DNA of 64,000 nucleotides from positions 1,085,746-1,149,745 of the forward strand of contig NW_002060959.1 of NCBI RefSeq assembly GCF_000150275.1. The letters are read 5' to 3'. The stretch comes from Trichoplax adhaerens. Its lineage: Eukaryota > Animalia > Placozoa. Every line of letters starts with the position of its first letter. Within the stretch, counting starts at the first letter, position 1. Both the position numbers and the translations under genes were made by a program. The notes beneath the pieces are model-generated. The model saw only the letters and a list, made by a program, of their open reading frames with translations. It was not told where the DNA came from and did not search any database. Below are positions 14,401-25,281 of this stretch, piece after piece.

Positions 14401-15733
14401 TAGGTGCAGGAGACGATGATACAAATGAATAAGTGATGGAGAAAATTAACTGCGATCAAATTCTTTCATTTCAAGACGCTAATTTATTTAATAGGGCAAG
14501 TATGCTGAAGCATGATTACTATCCAAATAGATAGATTATAATCAATAACTGGACAACTTTAATTCTATTAAGCAATTTTTATTATTTCATACAAGCGAAA
14601 AAAGCAAAATCCTTTTTCTTATTAAAGAAGGCGTTACCATTTTTTAACTAATTACGAGTTACTAATTGACTGAAAGGAGGTTAATCTGCTTGGGAAAAAT
14701 GCTTATCATCTGTTTGGAGAAGAATATGTAGGTAAAACTTACGGCAAGCGTATGTGGGGTTCTTAAATGGATTACACATCGTGTGCCGGGTTTGGCCGAA
14801 TAAACGTATTGATGAATGCTATATTGACTTTGATCGATCGTGAAGTTATGATCAAGTTGACTTGAATCTAGTAATTGTCCGTCATCGTCAATTTTTATTA
14901 GCTTTCTAGCCGATATTTCTTGATAAGATAGCCCAAAAGGATTAGCCAAATACTTGTTGTCATCGAGGTTAATACGAGCCTAATAAGCACACATAGGAGA
15001 AAAAGTGAATAGATCCATTATCATGTCTAACTTAATCTGATGAAAAAGAAGATGAAATGAAACAATTGGCTAACTATAATTCTATTTGTATGTATCATAT
15101 CTTCTACTTTGACTATTGGATATCAGTTTACACTAAAGTATATTCTCTATTAGTCACAGACTAGGGAATGGCAACATGAAAGCATGAGTATCACACACGA
15201 GTAGGATTCAAAATTAAAATTGAACTGATTAATTAGTACGATAAGACTATCCTAGTCATTAAAAATGATATTTTATTACCAAGATCAATGATCATTATTT
15301 TTCATCTATTTCTGACATGATGTAAAATAACTTGATCAGCGTGGAAATACTTTACCGTAAGAAGTGTTCCTTGCGATTGTTTCCACCCTAAGACGTCTAT
15401 TAGGCGAAAAACAGATGCTAGCTTGCGTCGTAAAATTTTCTCATTTGTCTCCAAGCCTAAGTTATTTCTACCGCTAATATCCGAAATTGGGTAAAAACGA
15501 TGGAAAGCAATAGTAGATAAATCTAATGTTGTAATTGGATTATCGGATGGTTTAGCTTTAATCGGGAAATTGGTACTACTTTTTGCATGGCTTTGGGTAA
15601 TAGTTTCTAGCTCTTGGCGAAACAGTTGGCTATCTAAGATGGTAGAGACAGGTTTTCGTTGCTTTAATCCATTAACGTCGAATTTGATATCGTCGATCAA
15701 TTGAGTTTTATGCGAACGGCGAGTTGTCTTCAT
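5483..15733 (-). CDS. Adducin-like protein, paralogue B, ~16 exons, ~1,800 aa, with a very long low-complexity C-terminal tail
   Basis: ATG at 15733. Approximate exons 15733-15356, 14979-14743, 14397-14347, 14265-14170, 13941-13843, 13380-13234, 12912-12655, 12489-12355, 11298-10503, 10407-10356, 9256-8987, 8883-8848, 8740-8084, 8025-7615, 7480-6953, 6754-5483 join in phase-compatible order. Head motifs match paralogue A (LRRKLASVFRLID, ANPFGLSYQEISA, RCVIHLRTP, EFEAFLRSLDIRGCKTG). Linking the distal tail exons to the head rests on phase and splice-site fit only. Confidence 0.75.
6155..6511 (-). repeat. Coding tandem repeat, 3 x 120 bp (40 aa)
   Basis: PKMTGQIGASIESKQNSNLAMDNNMTQDASSSARPLTIS occurs three times, nearly identical at the DNA level. 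Confidence 0.95.
7222..7357 (-). repeat. Coding tandem repeat, 5 x 27 bp (9 aa), [EDN]PIYY motif
   Basis: Translation EPIYYNVDS DPIYYKSNG DPIYYKSNG DPIYYNDDS NPIYYTADS. Confidence 0.95.
11380..12335. repeat. Degenerate ~115-125 bp tandem array (~8 units) filling an adducin B intron
   Basis: Recurring aatcgttgtcatcaatcaa.ccatt...tatggatagctaatgcg.ctcatttagctaaagttgatcatt blocks. Confidence 0.8.
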
Positions 15734-16349
15734 CTTAAGCAAATAATGATATAAAGTAATTTACGCACTGTATTAATTATTTGCTCCTAAACTGCATAGC
15801 GTGAATATTTGGTCTGTAGAAATTAATCAAATATGCAATGGCTTTTAAAAGTAAAATAGTGCTCGGTGGGATAAATTGATAACAAAAAATATGCACCTAA
15901 TTGGATTCTAAACCACAGACCCTTCTGTCTCTCTGTCTTTTAATAATTAGATAATCATAGCGTACAAGAATGATTAGTTTAGTCTAGGATGTGGGAGGGG
16001 AAAAATAATATACTCAATGGCTCGAAAGCAACGTCGATGCGGGTAGCATAGGTTAAGGTTAAAATTGTATAAGGCATTTCAGAGAATTAATCCATCAACC
16101 AATTGAAGATTAACTATAAGAATGACTTGGGCACCCCGCTAGGAGAGATTAATAATGCCAATTACCGTTTTGGATTTATCATTTTATATTACTAGGACAA
16201 TATGATTGATTATTAAACAATTCTGTTTGTCTGTATTATTATGGTCACGATGTTTGTGACGCTATGTCATCAGAGACGTTAATATAATGTTTTTGTAACA
16301 TTTTATTCAAAAAGGATGAAAAGTAGGCTTTTCAATATCCACAAAATTA

Positions 16350-17684
16350 AGCAAAGTGGGATTTGTACTATTGTCATAGGCGTAACTGCATTAATTTATG
16401 GATCGTATACTATTCGGATACGAGGAATAAAGATATAAGGGGTCGGAATAAGGTTCAAGTAAGCGTAAAAGATACGCTACAAACGAGTGCAATATTTTTT
16501 TCTCTTATAGACAGAATGTAAATTTTCTTTAATCAATCATTGCTTTTAGTTAACTGTGAAATAGACGATATTAATCATACCGTAGAATGAATTAAAATAA
16601 TGCGGTATTTCCATCAACATCAAATTGATTCATTTCATTGTTTCATCTATAGTTGCAGTGACTCAACTATATAAACTACCAACTTGTTGGAATATGGATA
16701 TTGACAGATTATACAATTCCATGATTGATCATGTTGTATATATAAGATGATTTTTAAGAATTTACGATGAAGTAGAATAAGATGGATACAATGATTTTCT
16801 ATACTTTAGAGTCCTAAGTACGGTTTTATTATCTATTTATAATAAGTAATGAAAAAATAGTACAACTACCGTAAAATACTAGTAAAGCTAATTGAAGTCC
16901 AAGTCTAATCATTATTACAGTACATCAGTTTAATTTTCTTCCTGGCTTTCGTAGTTAATCAACAATCAAATCATGTTAATGTGATTGTAATTCTATTAAC
17001 TTAAAATCGTACTATATTCCGAGGAATTTCCACGGATTTCGCTGGTTATAATGAATACAATTAAATCGAGAGATTAATTAAGGCTGCATCGGCACTAGTT
17101 TCGGTCACATTCTAGCAAATTAGCAAGTCAATGATACCGAAGGTTAGACTACATAGAAACAATCAAGACATCTCTCCTGGAGATAAAAATCAACTAATCT
17201 TATTACACTAAATGAGCGTTAAATATCCGTAAATCAAGCTCCGTTATTATCTATAAAATATCATAATGCATAAGAATCGATTTCATGAAATTTATGTTGA
17301 AACTTTGACTAAATCATTACCATTAACAGGATGAAGGACAAAATGAAAGCTATTATTTATGACTGTAGTACTTTATATACTCTATAGTACCATTAATTAT
17401 TAACTAGTTGCATAGCAACCTGGATTAAACCACTAAAATCATAAAAGGTTATCATTCAGAATTCATTCTTATCTCTAGCTAGTAGGTGTCTTCTGAAAAT
17501 AGAGATTTCATTGATTATTCAATTGCCAGTTCAAAAAATTTCATGACTTGTTCTATATCGTATATTCCTAAGAATAATTTTGCCCATAAGATTACTCGCG
17601 CCCCATCCAGGATTGGGCGTAACATATAAAACCTGACGAGCAAGATATTATGCATGATAATGTGATATGTGAAAGGTGAGCTAA
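16350..17684. repeat. Non-coding ~1.3 kb direct repeat, copy 1
   Basis: Colinear with 21160-22445. Shared anchors include aagtaagcgtaaaagatacgct, gtcacattctagcaaattag, gttgaaactttgactaaatcatt-like and aaaacctgacga.caagatattatgcatgata. Confidence 0.9.
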
Positions 17685-17742
17685 CAAACAAACATCAAAC
17701 AAACATCAAACAAACATCAGACAAACATCAAACAAACATCAA
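17683..17742. repeat. 12-bp minisatellite (aaacaaacatca)n, ~4-5 units
   Basis: Read directly from the sequence; it starts where direct-repeat copy 1 ends. Confidence 0.9.
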
Positions 17743-20062
17743 TTAAGCAATATGTAACTACAGCCAACAAATAAGGTCTTAAGAGCAATCAGGAAAACGA
17801 CCAAAACTTACGAAAACTTTAAGTTATTGTATCGATGCTGGCAATGTTGCCTTGTCATTAGTAGAGATATGAGAAGGGCGTAAATTATTTATCGATTATG
17901 CTATTAAGTAGATCAACGATACGTATTTGTCTACTAGGTATGGGTGGACACAGTGATTTGAATATAAGAATTTCAACTTCATAAATAATGATAAGGAGAT
18001 TCTAATTCAAACGGTACGGTCTACAGTGACAGCAATCGTCAGGCAACTCAGTAATCTGATTTATTTAAAGTTATAACTTTGCTAAAGAGCTTTTTAGATT
18101 GATCTCCTCGTATGAATTCTATAGTATCTCCCGTGACTTCAGGCAGACCGCCTAATTCGTTCCTTATTTCTATCATTACATCTACTACGTAATTCATTTG
18201 CGATCTAGTTAAAGCTCCATTTACAGTAAAGCATATTTAAGCATGATCTAAAATGTGAAAATGTAAGATAGAGTGACTTATGATGTCTCACTTTAAATTC
18301 CTTACAGAATCGTTATGGAGTAAATTTAACTTAATAATGGTAATATACTGTAGTGTTTATATAAAGTATGATAGGTACTTTTAGACAGCATAATTTAATA
18401 AAATATTTCATCTAATTTATTTCTCTAATAAGTATATAAAATAAATTATCAATCATTAGAGTATTTTACTTTAGTTGAATAGATGTTTGTGATTATAAAC
18501 TCTATTTTAAATAAAATTAGTTCAAATTTGCGTCGATAGCTCGAAATTAATGTAACATTTTCATGACATGGAGGGCCATTAATAAACATGGCCTAATTTT
18601 ATCGATCAATAAGTCATGTAATTGTCAATATTTGGAAAATATTTCTATTTCGAATATTTTTTATTGCTGATAATTATATGATAAGGATTACTTAGAATGA
18701 TCGCCATTGTTAATATAAATTTATCTTAGTCAAGACTAACTTTTTGGAACAGTTGGAAATCGCACACCAACACCTACTATTCCACACTCTAATTTAATAT
18801 AAAAATAAATATGAAATGAGTCAGTTAACTCTTGGAGTGGTCCAATCTGATTAGTTTCTTAAAATATTTAAATAGAGTATCGTCTCAGGATTTAATAATT
18901 ATGCTTATGCATTATTAAAGTTTTATCACACATGCTATTCGTTCATGTTAATACTTCGTAGACATAGGTGTCCTATTTGTAAATATATTTGTGGTATATA
19001 GTATCAAATCGATATAAACCCAACTTTTAAATTCGTAAATCATCAGACTATATAGGGTCTAAGCTAGAATAGTACAGAATGGCCTAAATATTTTACATTG
19101 TTATCAATATAATAGAGTAAAATATCTAGGCTACTACGTTAACAATAAATTTTCGGTGTGTGAAGATCAAAATTGCTTTCCTGGTCTATGATTGTTAAGA
19201 TATATTACACTGTAACAACGTTATACTCGTGTTCGTATTAAAAACTCACCTAATAGTCTGCCATAAATTTTTAAACAGTTTTTTTCGATCCAATAATAAT
19301 TGGGACTACACCTGCCTCCATAATACCCTATCGATTCATACAACTTCAAAAGGAGGCTTACAAACAATTGGTACCGGAATATTACAACAATTTAAACTTA
19401 CTATGAGTAGAAATGTAACATATATACGTGTAATTAAACATTACTAACAGCAATATCGAATCCTTGTGATAAAAGATTATTTTTCTTTAAATAGATGATA
19501 TTTTCCTGAAATCTTTTAGCATGTTCCGGCTCATTGCTCATAATTCTGAACGACTCATTATAGTGAAATGAAGAGATCAAGAATTAAACTTGAGTAATTA
19601 TAGAGTTATCCAATATCATGTTGAAAATGATGGCATCACAATCCTACTAATATTAGCATAACTTTATAGTATAGCAGATAAATTTCACTAACTTTCCCAA
19701 TAGCTGCACAATCGGGTACACTATGAAATGTACTCGTAAATCAATGACGGCTTGTATGACGAAGGTAAGTAATGAAATTTGCAGGTCCACACACATAGCC
19801 ACCATTACATCCAGAACCTGCTTTTCCGCATGAGCCAGTTATAATATTAGAATAATTTTTAACGCTATGGTATTCGTCTGTACCTCTGGAATAAGGAAGT
19901 CATGACAACATCATTAACAATCCACAAACCATAAGGTGTATTTTTTTAGATCATATTCTACGTTGTAATTGTGTTTCGGTATCTTGCTTTAGAACTGTTG
20001 GTAGAAGAAAGTGTTTGATAAGAATATGCGTATATGTTATATATGGTAACAATCTATTATGA

Positions 20063-20086
20063 ATATATATATATATATATATATAT
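20063..20086. repeat. (AT)n microsatellite
   Basis: Read directly from the sequence. Confidence 0.9.
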
Positions 20087-21159
20087 GTTAGCGTATTGGG
20101 TTCAGAATCCTTTCTCTGTGTAGCGGTATATCTCTCTCTCTAGCTTGTACCCGACGGACTTGGAGCAATAAAGTCCTCTTCTCCGAGAAACAGCTCTCTC
20201 GTCTCAGTCTATAAGTAGAAAGACATATTATTACACGTTGTAGAATATCAATGTCTGCAGTATTGATTCGTACTACATAGTGTACATTATTGCACTTAGA
20301 ACTTTTAGTACTATAATATATCTGGAAATACTGTACAGTGTACAGGATTCCCCAGATAAAACCCCCGATAACTAAACGCAAATGTAATATAGCGAAAACA
20401 AAATTGGCTTTATGAAAGCTAGTTCTTCATGGAAGAGTTATTCAAGGCAATGCCTTGAATAGTAAATATGTACTGTAACGGGTTGAATTGCTAGTGCTAA
20501 ATGTACAATTGTTGGAGAGGAGTTGTACGAGAGGCAAATGTCGAAGGGAACTGTCCGGATAGCGTGATTTATGCGGCAAGGCTATAAAGAGACGTGCGGG
20601 TCCAAGTCTTCTTTTCGTAGCAGATCCTAAGTTTATGTCGTACGTAGCAAGAGTCTCAATTTTGAATTGATCGGATCATTATATGCCCGTTAATTTATTC
20701 GATTTTCGTACATCTTAGTATTAGTCTTTATACGACTTAACATCACTTGTCTACAATAGTGAATATCGACGTCATTAATGCGTATTTAAGTAACAACATG
20801 GACATGTAGATCTCCGGGATCTACAAGTCTATGGTAACAAGAAAGACTATAAAATACTTATAAGTAAAGGCTTGTAGGTTTTCTTCTAGTAATATGGAGG
20901 CTCATCAATTCCCCGGTCAATCTACTATAAGCGTACACTACCAATGAAATTGTATACCATGCTGCGCCAACCAAGGAAGCAGCATGTTAGTAACTGGATA
21001 TCCATCGTAGACAATATAGTGTTACCGTTGTAGACATGCGAAACAGTTGGAATGACCGGTAAAACAAGTAGCCTCTAGATTATTCAATTGTGAAGGACCA
21101 TTTCCTGTCCTCGTCTTTCTTTTTAGTAATCTCTGATGTGCATCTTAACAAGTACAGTA

Positions 21160-22445
21160 CAGCAAAGGAAAAGGGATTTGAACTATCATATTTATGATTA
21201 TAGGCGTAACTAAACTAGTGCATGAATCGTCTACTAATGACTATGAGGAGTAAAGATGTGAGAGATCGAGATGAAGTTAAAGTAAGCGTAAAAGATACGC
21301 TGTAAATAAGTACAATATTTTTCTCTTATTGATAGACGATGAATTGTCTGTAATCAAGCAGTATTTTTAATCAACTGTGAAATAGACGTTGTGATACCGT
21401 AGAATGAGCTAAAATAATGCGACATTTTTCATCACCATTAAATTGATTCATTATTTCAGTTGCAGCGACTAAACAATATACGTAACCTATCAACTTGTTG
21501 AAATATGAATATTGGTAGATTATACAATCGATGATTAGTAATGTTAAATATGTAAGATGATTTTTAAGAATTTGCGATAAAGTAAAATAGAAAGGGTAAA
21601 ATCATTTTCCATACATACGAGTCCTAAGTAAGTTTTTATCATCTATTTATAGATAATTAGTAGTGAAAAATAGCGCAACTACTATAAAATACTAGTAAAG
21701 CTAATTGAATTCTTAAGTCTAACCATCGTTGCGCACATCAGTTTTAGCGTATGATTATCAGTGGAAATTATTTAACTTTTCGTCACTTTGGTAGTTAATC
21801 AACAAATAGAATGAATACAATCCAGGCAAGAAAGTGATGCTGCATGAGTATTAGTTTGGGTCACATTCTAGCAAATTAGGAAGTGACCGATACCGAAGGC
21901 TAGACTACATAGAATAGTCAAGACATCTCTCCTCGAGAAAAAGATGAACTCATCTTATTGCACAAAATGAGTGTTTAATATCCGTAAATCAGGCTCCATT
22001 AGAATTATCTATAAAATATCATAATACTTCGTAATCGATTTCATAAATTTATATTGAAACTTTGACTAAATCATTGCCATCAATAGGACAAAATGGAAGC
22101 TATTATTAACGACTATACTACTTGTTATACTCTATGATTAAACCACTAACGTTACAAAAGTTTAGTATTTAGAATAAAAAGTTTTAGTTCTATCTCTAGC
22201 TAGTAAATGTCCTTATATTATGAAAATAGAAATTGAATTAATCAATCAATTACCAATTCAAAAAGAGAAAGTTTGGTTACTTGTTCTATTGCATCTACTG
22301 TACAGTATCATTTGATAATATAATAAAAACAGCAACAATCGTCAATATTGTAAGATATAGCTACTGGAGGATATTACTTCCACGATAGAGTGCATAAAAA
22401 CCTGACGAACAAGATATTATGCATGATATGAGAAAGGCGAGCTAA
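21160..22445. repeat. Non-coding ~1.3 kb direct repeat, copy 2
   Basis: Diverged colinear copy of 16350-17684 with many indels; ends ~220 bp from the stop codon of the minus-strand hexosaminidase. Confidence 0.9.
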
Positions 22446-22665
22446 TAGCTACAATTAACATTGCAGCTGAATTGGTTATGCCATCAAAAGTTAATTTACT
22501 ACCCTATGGGTAGAAGATGGTTCGGTGAACATCATTATATTACTATAGAAAAGTCAGTCAATCATTGATTGGTTTTAATGACCATCATCGAATAGGAATA
22601 AGGTTAATAAAGCGGTTGATAGACCACACGCAAATTGTATTTTGCGTTCATTGGATTAGATAAGG

Positions 22666-24279
22666 TTACAATTCGTCGCGATCAAGGTGGTTCATAACGA
22701 CATTGTATTCCGCTTGGCAGAAACTATATCCGTTAATGGGTTGCGCTCGTAGTCCTCGTCGAATTAGTTGATAGCAACGGTGATGATCAATGCGTGGTAG
22801 TGCTGCATCGACGTTGGTTACTTTAGCGGAGCTCCATAAGCGTTCAGAGACAGCACTAGCGCGAGGCCAGAAACGCTCCATTAAATTGGTTGAATCGACG
22901 TATTCTCCCCATATGCAAGCTTCGCCGCCAATAACCAAATTTTTTTGTTGTTGTGTACCTTTAAAATCTTGAGGATCGCAACGATAAAATCGTTCCCAAT
23001 CACGACCATAACCGATATAATTCAGATACCAACAAGAAGAGAGAATAGTTTGTAAATTCATCTTGGTTACTTTGGCTAATTCTGCTTTATAGCTAGGACT
23101 TGTTTTCCATACTTGTACAACGGTGTTGGGATCGACTTTGACGTTGTTGTCGACCACATCTTGCCATATAATATAGCGTAAGCCAATTTTTTCCATAATA
23201 GTTACTAAATTGTGCTCATAATATTGCTCCAATAATTCATAATGATCACCGAAACCATGTTGTGTCATAAAATTTTGAATATCAGGATTACTTTGCCAAC
23301 AGCTGAAATTGACTTCATCGCCGCCTAAATGAACGTATTGATCAGGAAAGCGTTTCTTAATTTCACGAAAAAAGTCCTCTAGTATGGTATAGGTTGAATT
23401 CAAGATTGGATTGATTGGGCCAAATTGTCCATTGGGGACACCATTTTTACTATAACAAGGGGTAAGAAAGTTGGGAATACTACGCCATGACGATGAATGG
23501 CCGGGAGTATCGAATTCGACGATAACCCGTATACCGCGATCTCGTGCATATTCAATGACCATTTGGACATCGTCAGGTGTGTAAACATGGCGTGGTGTAT
23601 AAGAGCCATGTTGGCTTAATTGTGGATAAGTTAATGAGACAAATGGAAATGACTGATCATCGACAATATGCCAATGAAAGACGTTGAATTTATTATAGGA
23701 CATGGCATCTAAATTTTGTAGAATAACATCCAAAGTAAGGTAGTGTCGAGCAGAGTCGAGCATGACACCGCGATATTTAAATCGTGGATAATCGACAATC
23801 TTGGTCTCCTGGATGAAAAATCCATCATAGGTTGCATCAATTAATTGGCTAAAGCTTTCTAAGCCACGTAGCGCTCCCCAAGTTTGTTTCGCGTGGAGAA
23901 AGGCAACCGGTTGAGGATGAGCGTGAATGGATAGCGAATAGCTTTCATCGGAATTTAAAGTCAAGTTGGCACTTACATCATCAATTTGAACGAATAATTT
24001 GGTCAAATTGCCCACAGCTTTGATGGCATCTTGGTTGGGATTGACCGCCGCGCCTGGTTCATGAGGAGGTAAAGGTCCTAAAAAGATCAACTTTCGATAG
24101 CGCTGAAACGCTTGATTGAGAATGTCGGTGGGCACATCGGTTTCGAATTGAAACTCTTGCGTTATTTTCAACATGGACTCGGATGTCGACATGATTTGAG
24201 GCATGGGCCAAACGCTACCAGCATCACACCACCGTTGGCATAGCAGCGTTATCAAGATGATGATTTGGATGGAAGCCAT
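22666..24279 (-). CDS. Beta-N-acetylhexosaminidase (GH20, HEXA/HEXB family), single coding exon, signal peptide, C-terminal RDEL
   Basis: 537 aa ORF with VWPMPQ, DESYSL, RGVMLDSARHY, FHWHIVDDQSFP, EFDTPGH, catalytic HLGGDEV, GGEACIWGEYVD and WPRASAVSERLWS. Confidence 0.97.
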   Translation of the reverse strand: MASIQIIILITLLCQRWCDAGSVWPMPQIMSTSESMLKITQEFQFETDVPTDILNQAFQRYRKLIFLGPLPPHEPGAAVNPNQDAIKAVGNLTKLFVQIDDVSANLTLNSDESYSLSIHAHPQPVAFLHAKQTWGALRGLESFSQLIDATYDGFFIQETKIVDYPRFKYRGVMLDSARHYLTLDVILQNLDAMSYNKFNVFHWHIVDDQSFPFVSLTYPQLSQHGSYTPRHVYTPDDVQMVIEYARDRGIRVIVEFDTPGHSSSWRSIPNFLTPCYSKNGVPNGQFGPINPILNSTYTILEDFFREIKKRFPDQYVHLGGDEVNFSCWQSNPDIQNFMTQHGFGDHYELLEQYYEHNLVTIMEKIGLRYIIWQDVVDNNVKVDPNTVVQVWKTSPSYKAELAKVTKMNLQTILSSCWYLNYIGYGRDWERFYRCDPQDFKGTQQQKNLVIGGEACIWGEYVDSTNLMERFWPRASAVSERLWSSAKVTNVDAALPRIDHHRCYQLIRRGLRAQPINGYSFCQAEYNVVMNHLDRDEL

Positions 24280-25281
24280 TTTAAAGGGTTTTAAATACTT
24301 TTACTTTTAATCAATCGCTTGGATTGGTGTACAAACTGGCTATCAGGGAGGGCGTCGTTGATGAATAGATAATCCACGTTCTTGAAGAATCAATGGAGGT
24401 GTGTGTGTGTGTGTGTACTTCCTTCTTGACAGTCAGTATCAATCAGTCGATGATTACTTTTCCACTCCAGTAATCCTATATTGAGTATCCATAAGTCGAA
24501 AATGAGATTTAAAGAAGAATTTTGCAAGTGGAAATCGATCTGATGATTAGATTGCGATTTTCCAAGATTGTGTTATTGTAACGTGATGACTGCGAGCGTT
24601 GGTGAGGGATGACGTTTCATAAACGTTGAAGTGGATTTAGCGTCAGTTGTCGTTGTCGTTGTCACGGTATGTTGGTGTCAGTCGTTTGTCATCGTCGTCG
24701 TGGGTGACAGTCAATCCACACAGATCGTGCCCATTGCTCAACCATCGATGGATGAAGTCACATGATGTCCGTGTGGTCATGCTACAGTACAGTTCTACCC
24801 ACTCGTGTCCACTTCTGCTGAGAAAATGACACTACCCACAGTACCCAGTGTTGTGATCGATGACGTCAACGATGTGTTGTGACCGTGGAGTTGTTTTTCT
24901 CAAGTCTAGTTGCTGCTGTTTCGATACCTACCCACAGACACTTTGATCAAGTCCGGTCCGGTACGGTACCAGCGATCGTGTAGCAGCGACGTCAACCCTA
25001 TCGTCATTCCTGTGCTGTACTGTATACTGTACATCATAAAGGGATTGAACCGAACCGAACCGAACCTTAGCTTTACTGTACCCATATTACAGTGTACAGT
25101 ACTGTACACTGTACACTATATGTACTGTACTGTACTGTACTGTACATCGTTTCCTCAATTCATCAAACCATTCTGAACAACGAAAGGATTCATCTTAGCC
25201 ATCACTCAAGTCGATTAAACTTCCTTTACCAGCTAAAATACTGCAAGAGTTCTTTGTAGACGACGAAGTTAGTCCATTGCG
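24280..25281. promoter_or_regulatory. Probable bidirectional promoter between the divergent hexosaminidases
   Basis: A 1 kb head-to-head spacer that is CpG-richer than its flanks. It contains (GT)n at ~24399, a CRE palindrome TGACGTCA at 24861, (GAACC)n at ~25047 and a TACTG/TACAGTA cluster at 25010-25146. Confidence 0.55.

Noticed and set aside
19340-19890. Exon-like minus-strand segments (GSCGKAGSGCNGGYVCG; GIMEAGVVPII)
   Set aside because: They are short, interrupted by stops, cannot be joined into a gene model and match no family I recognise. At most a pseudogene trace.
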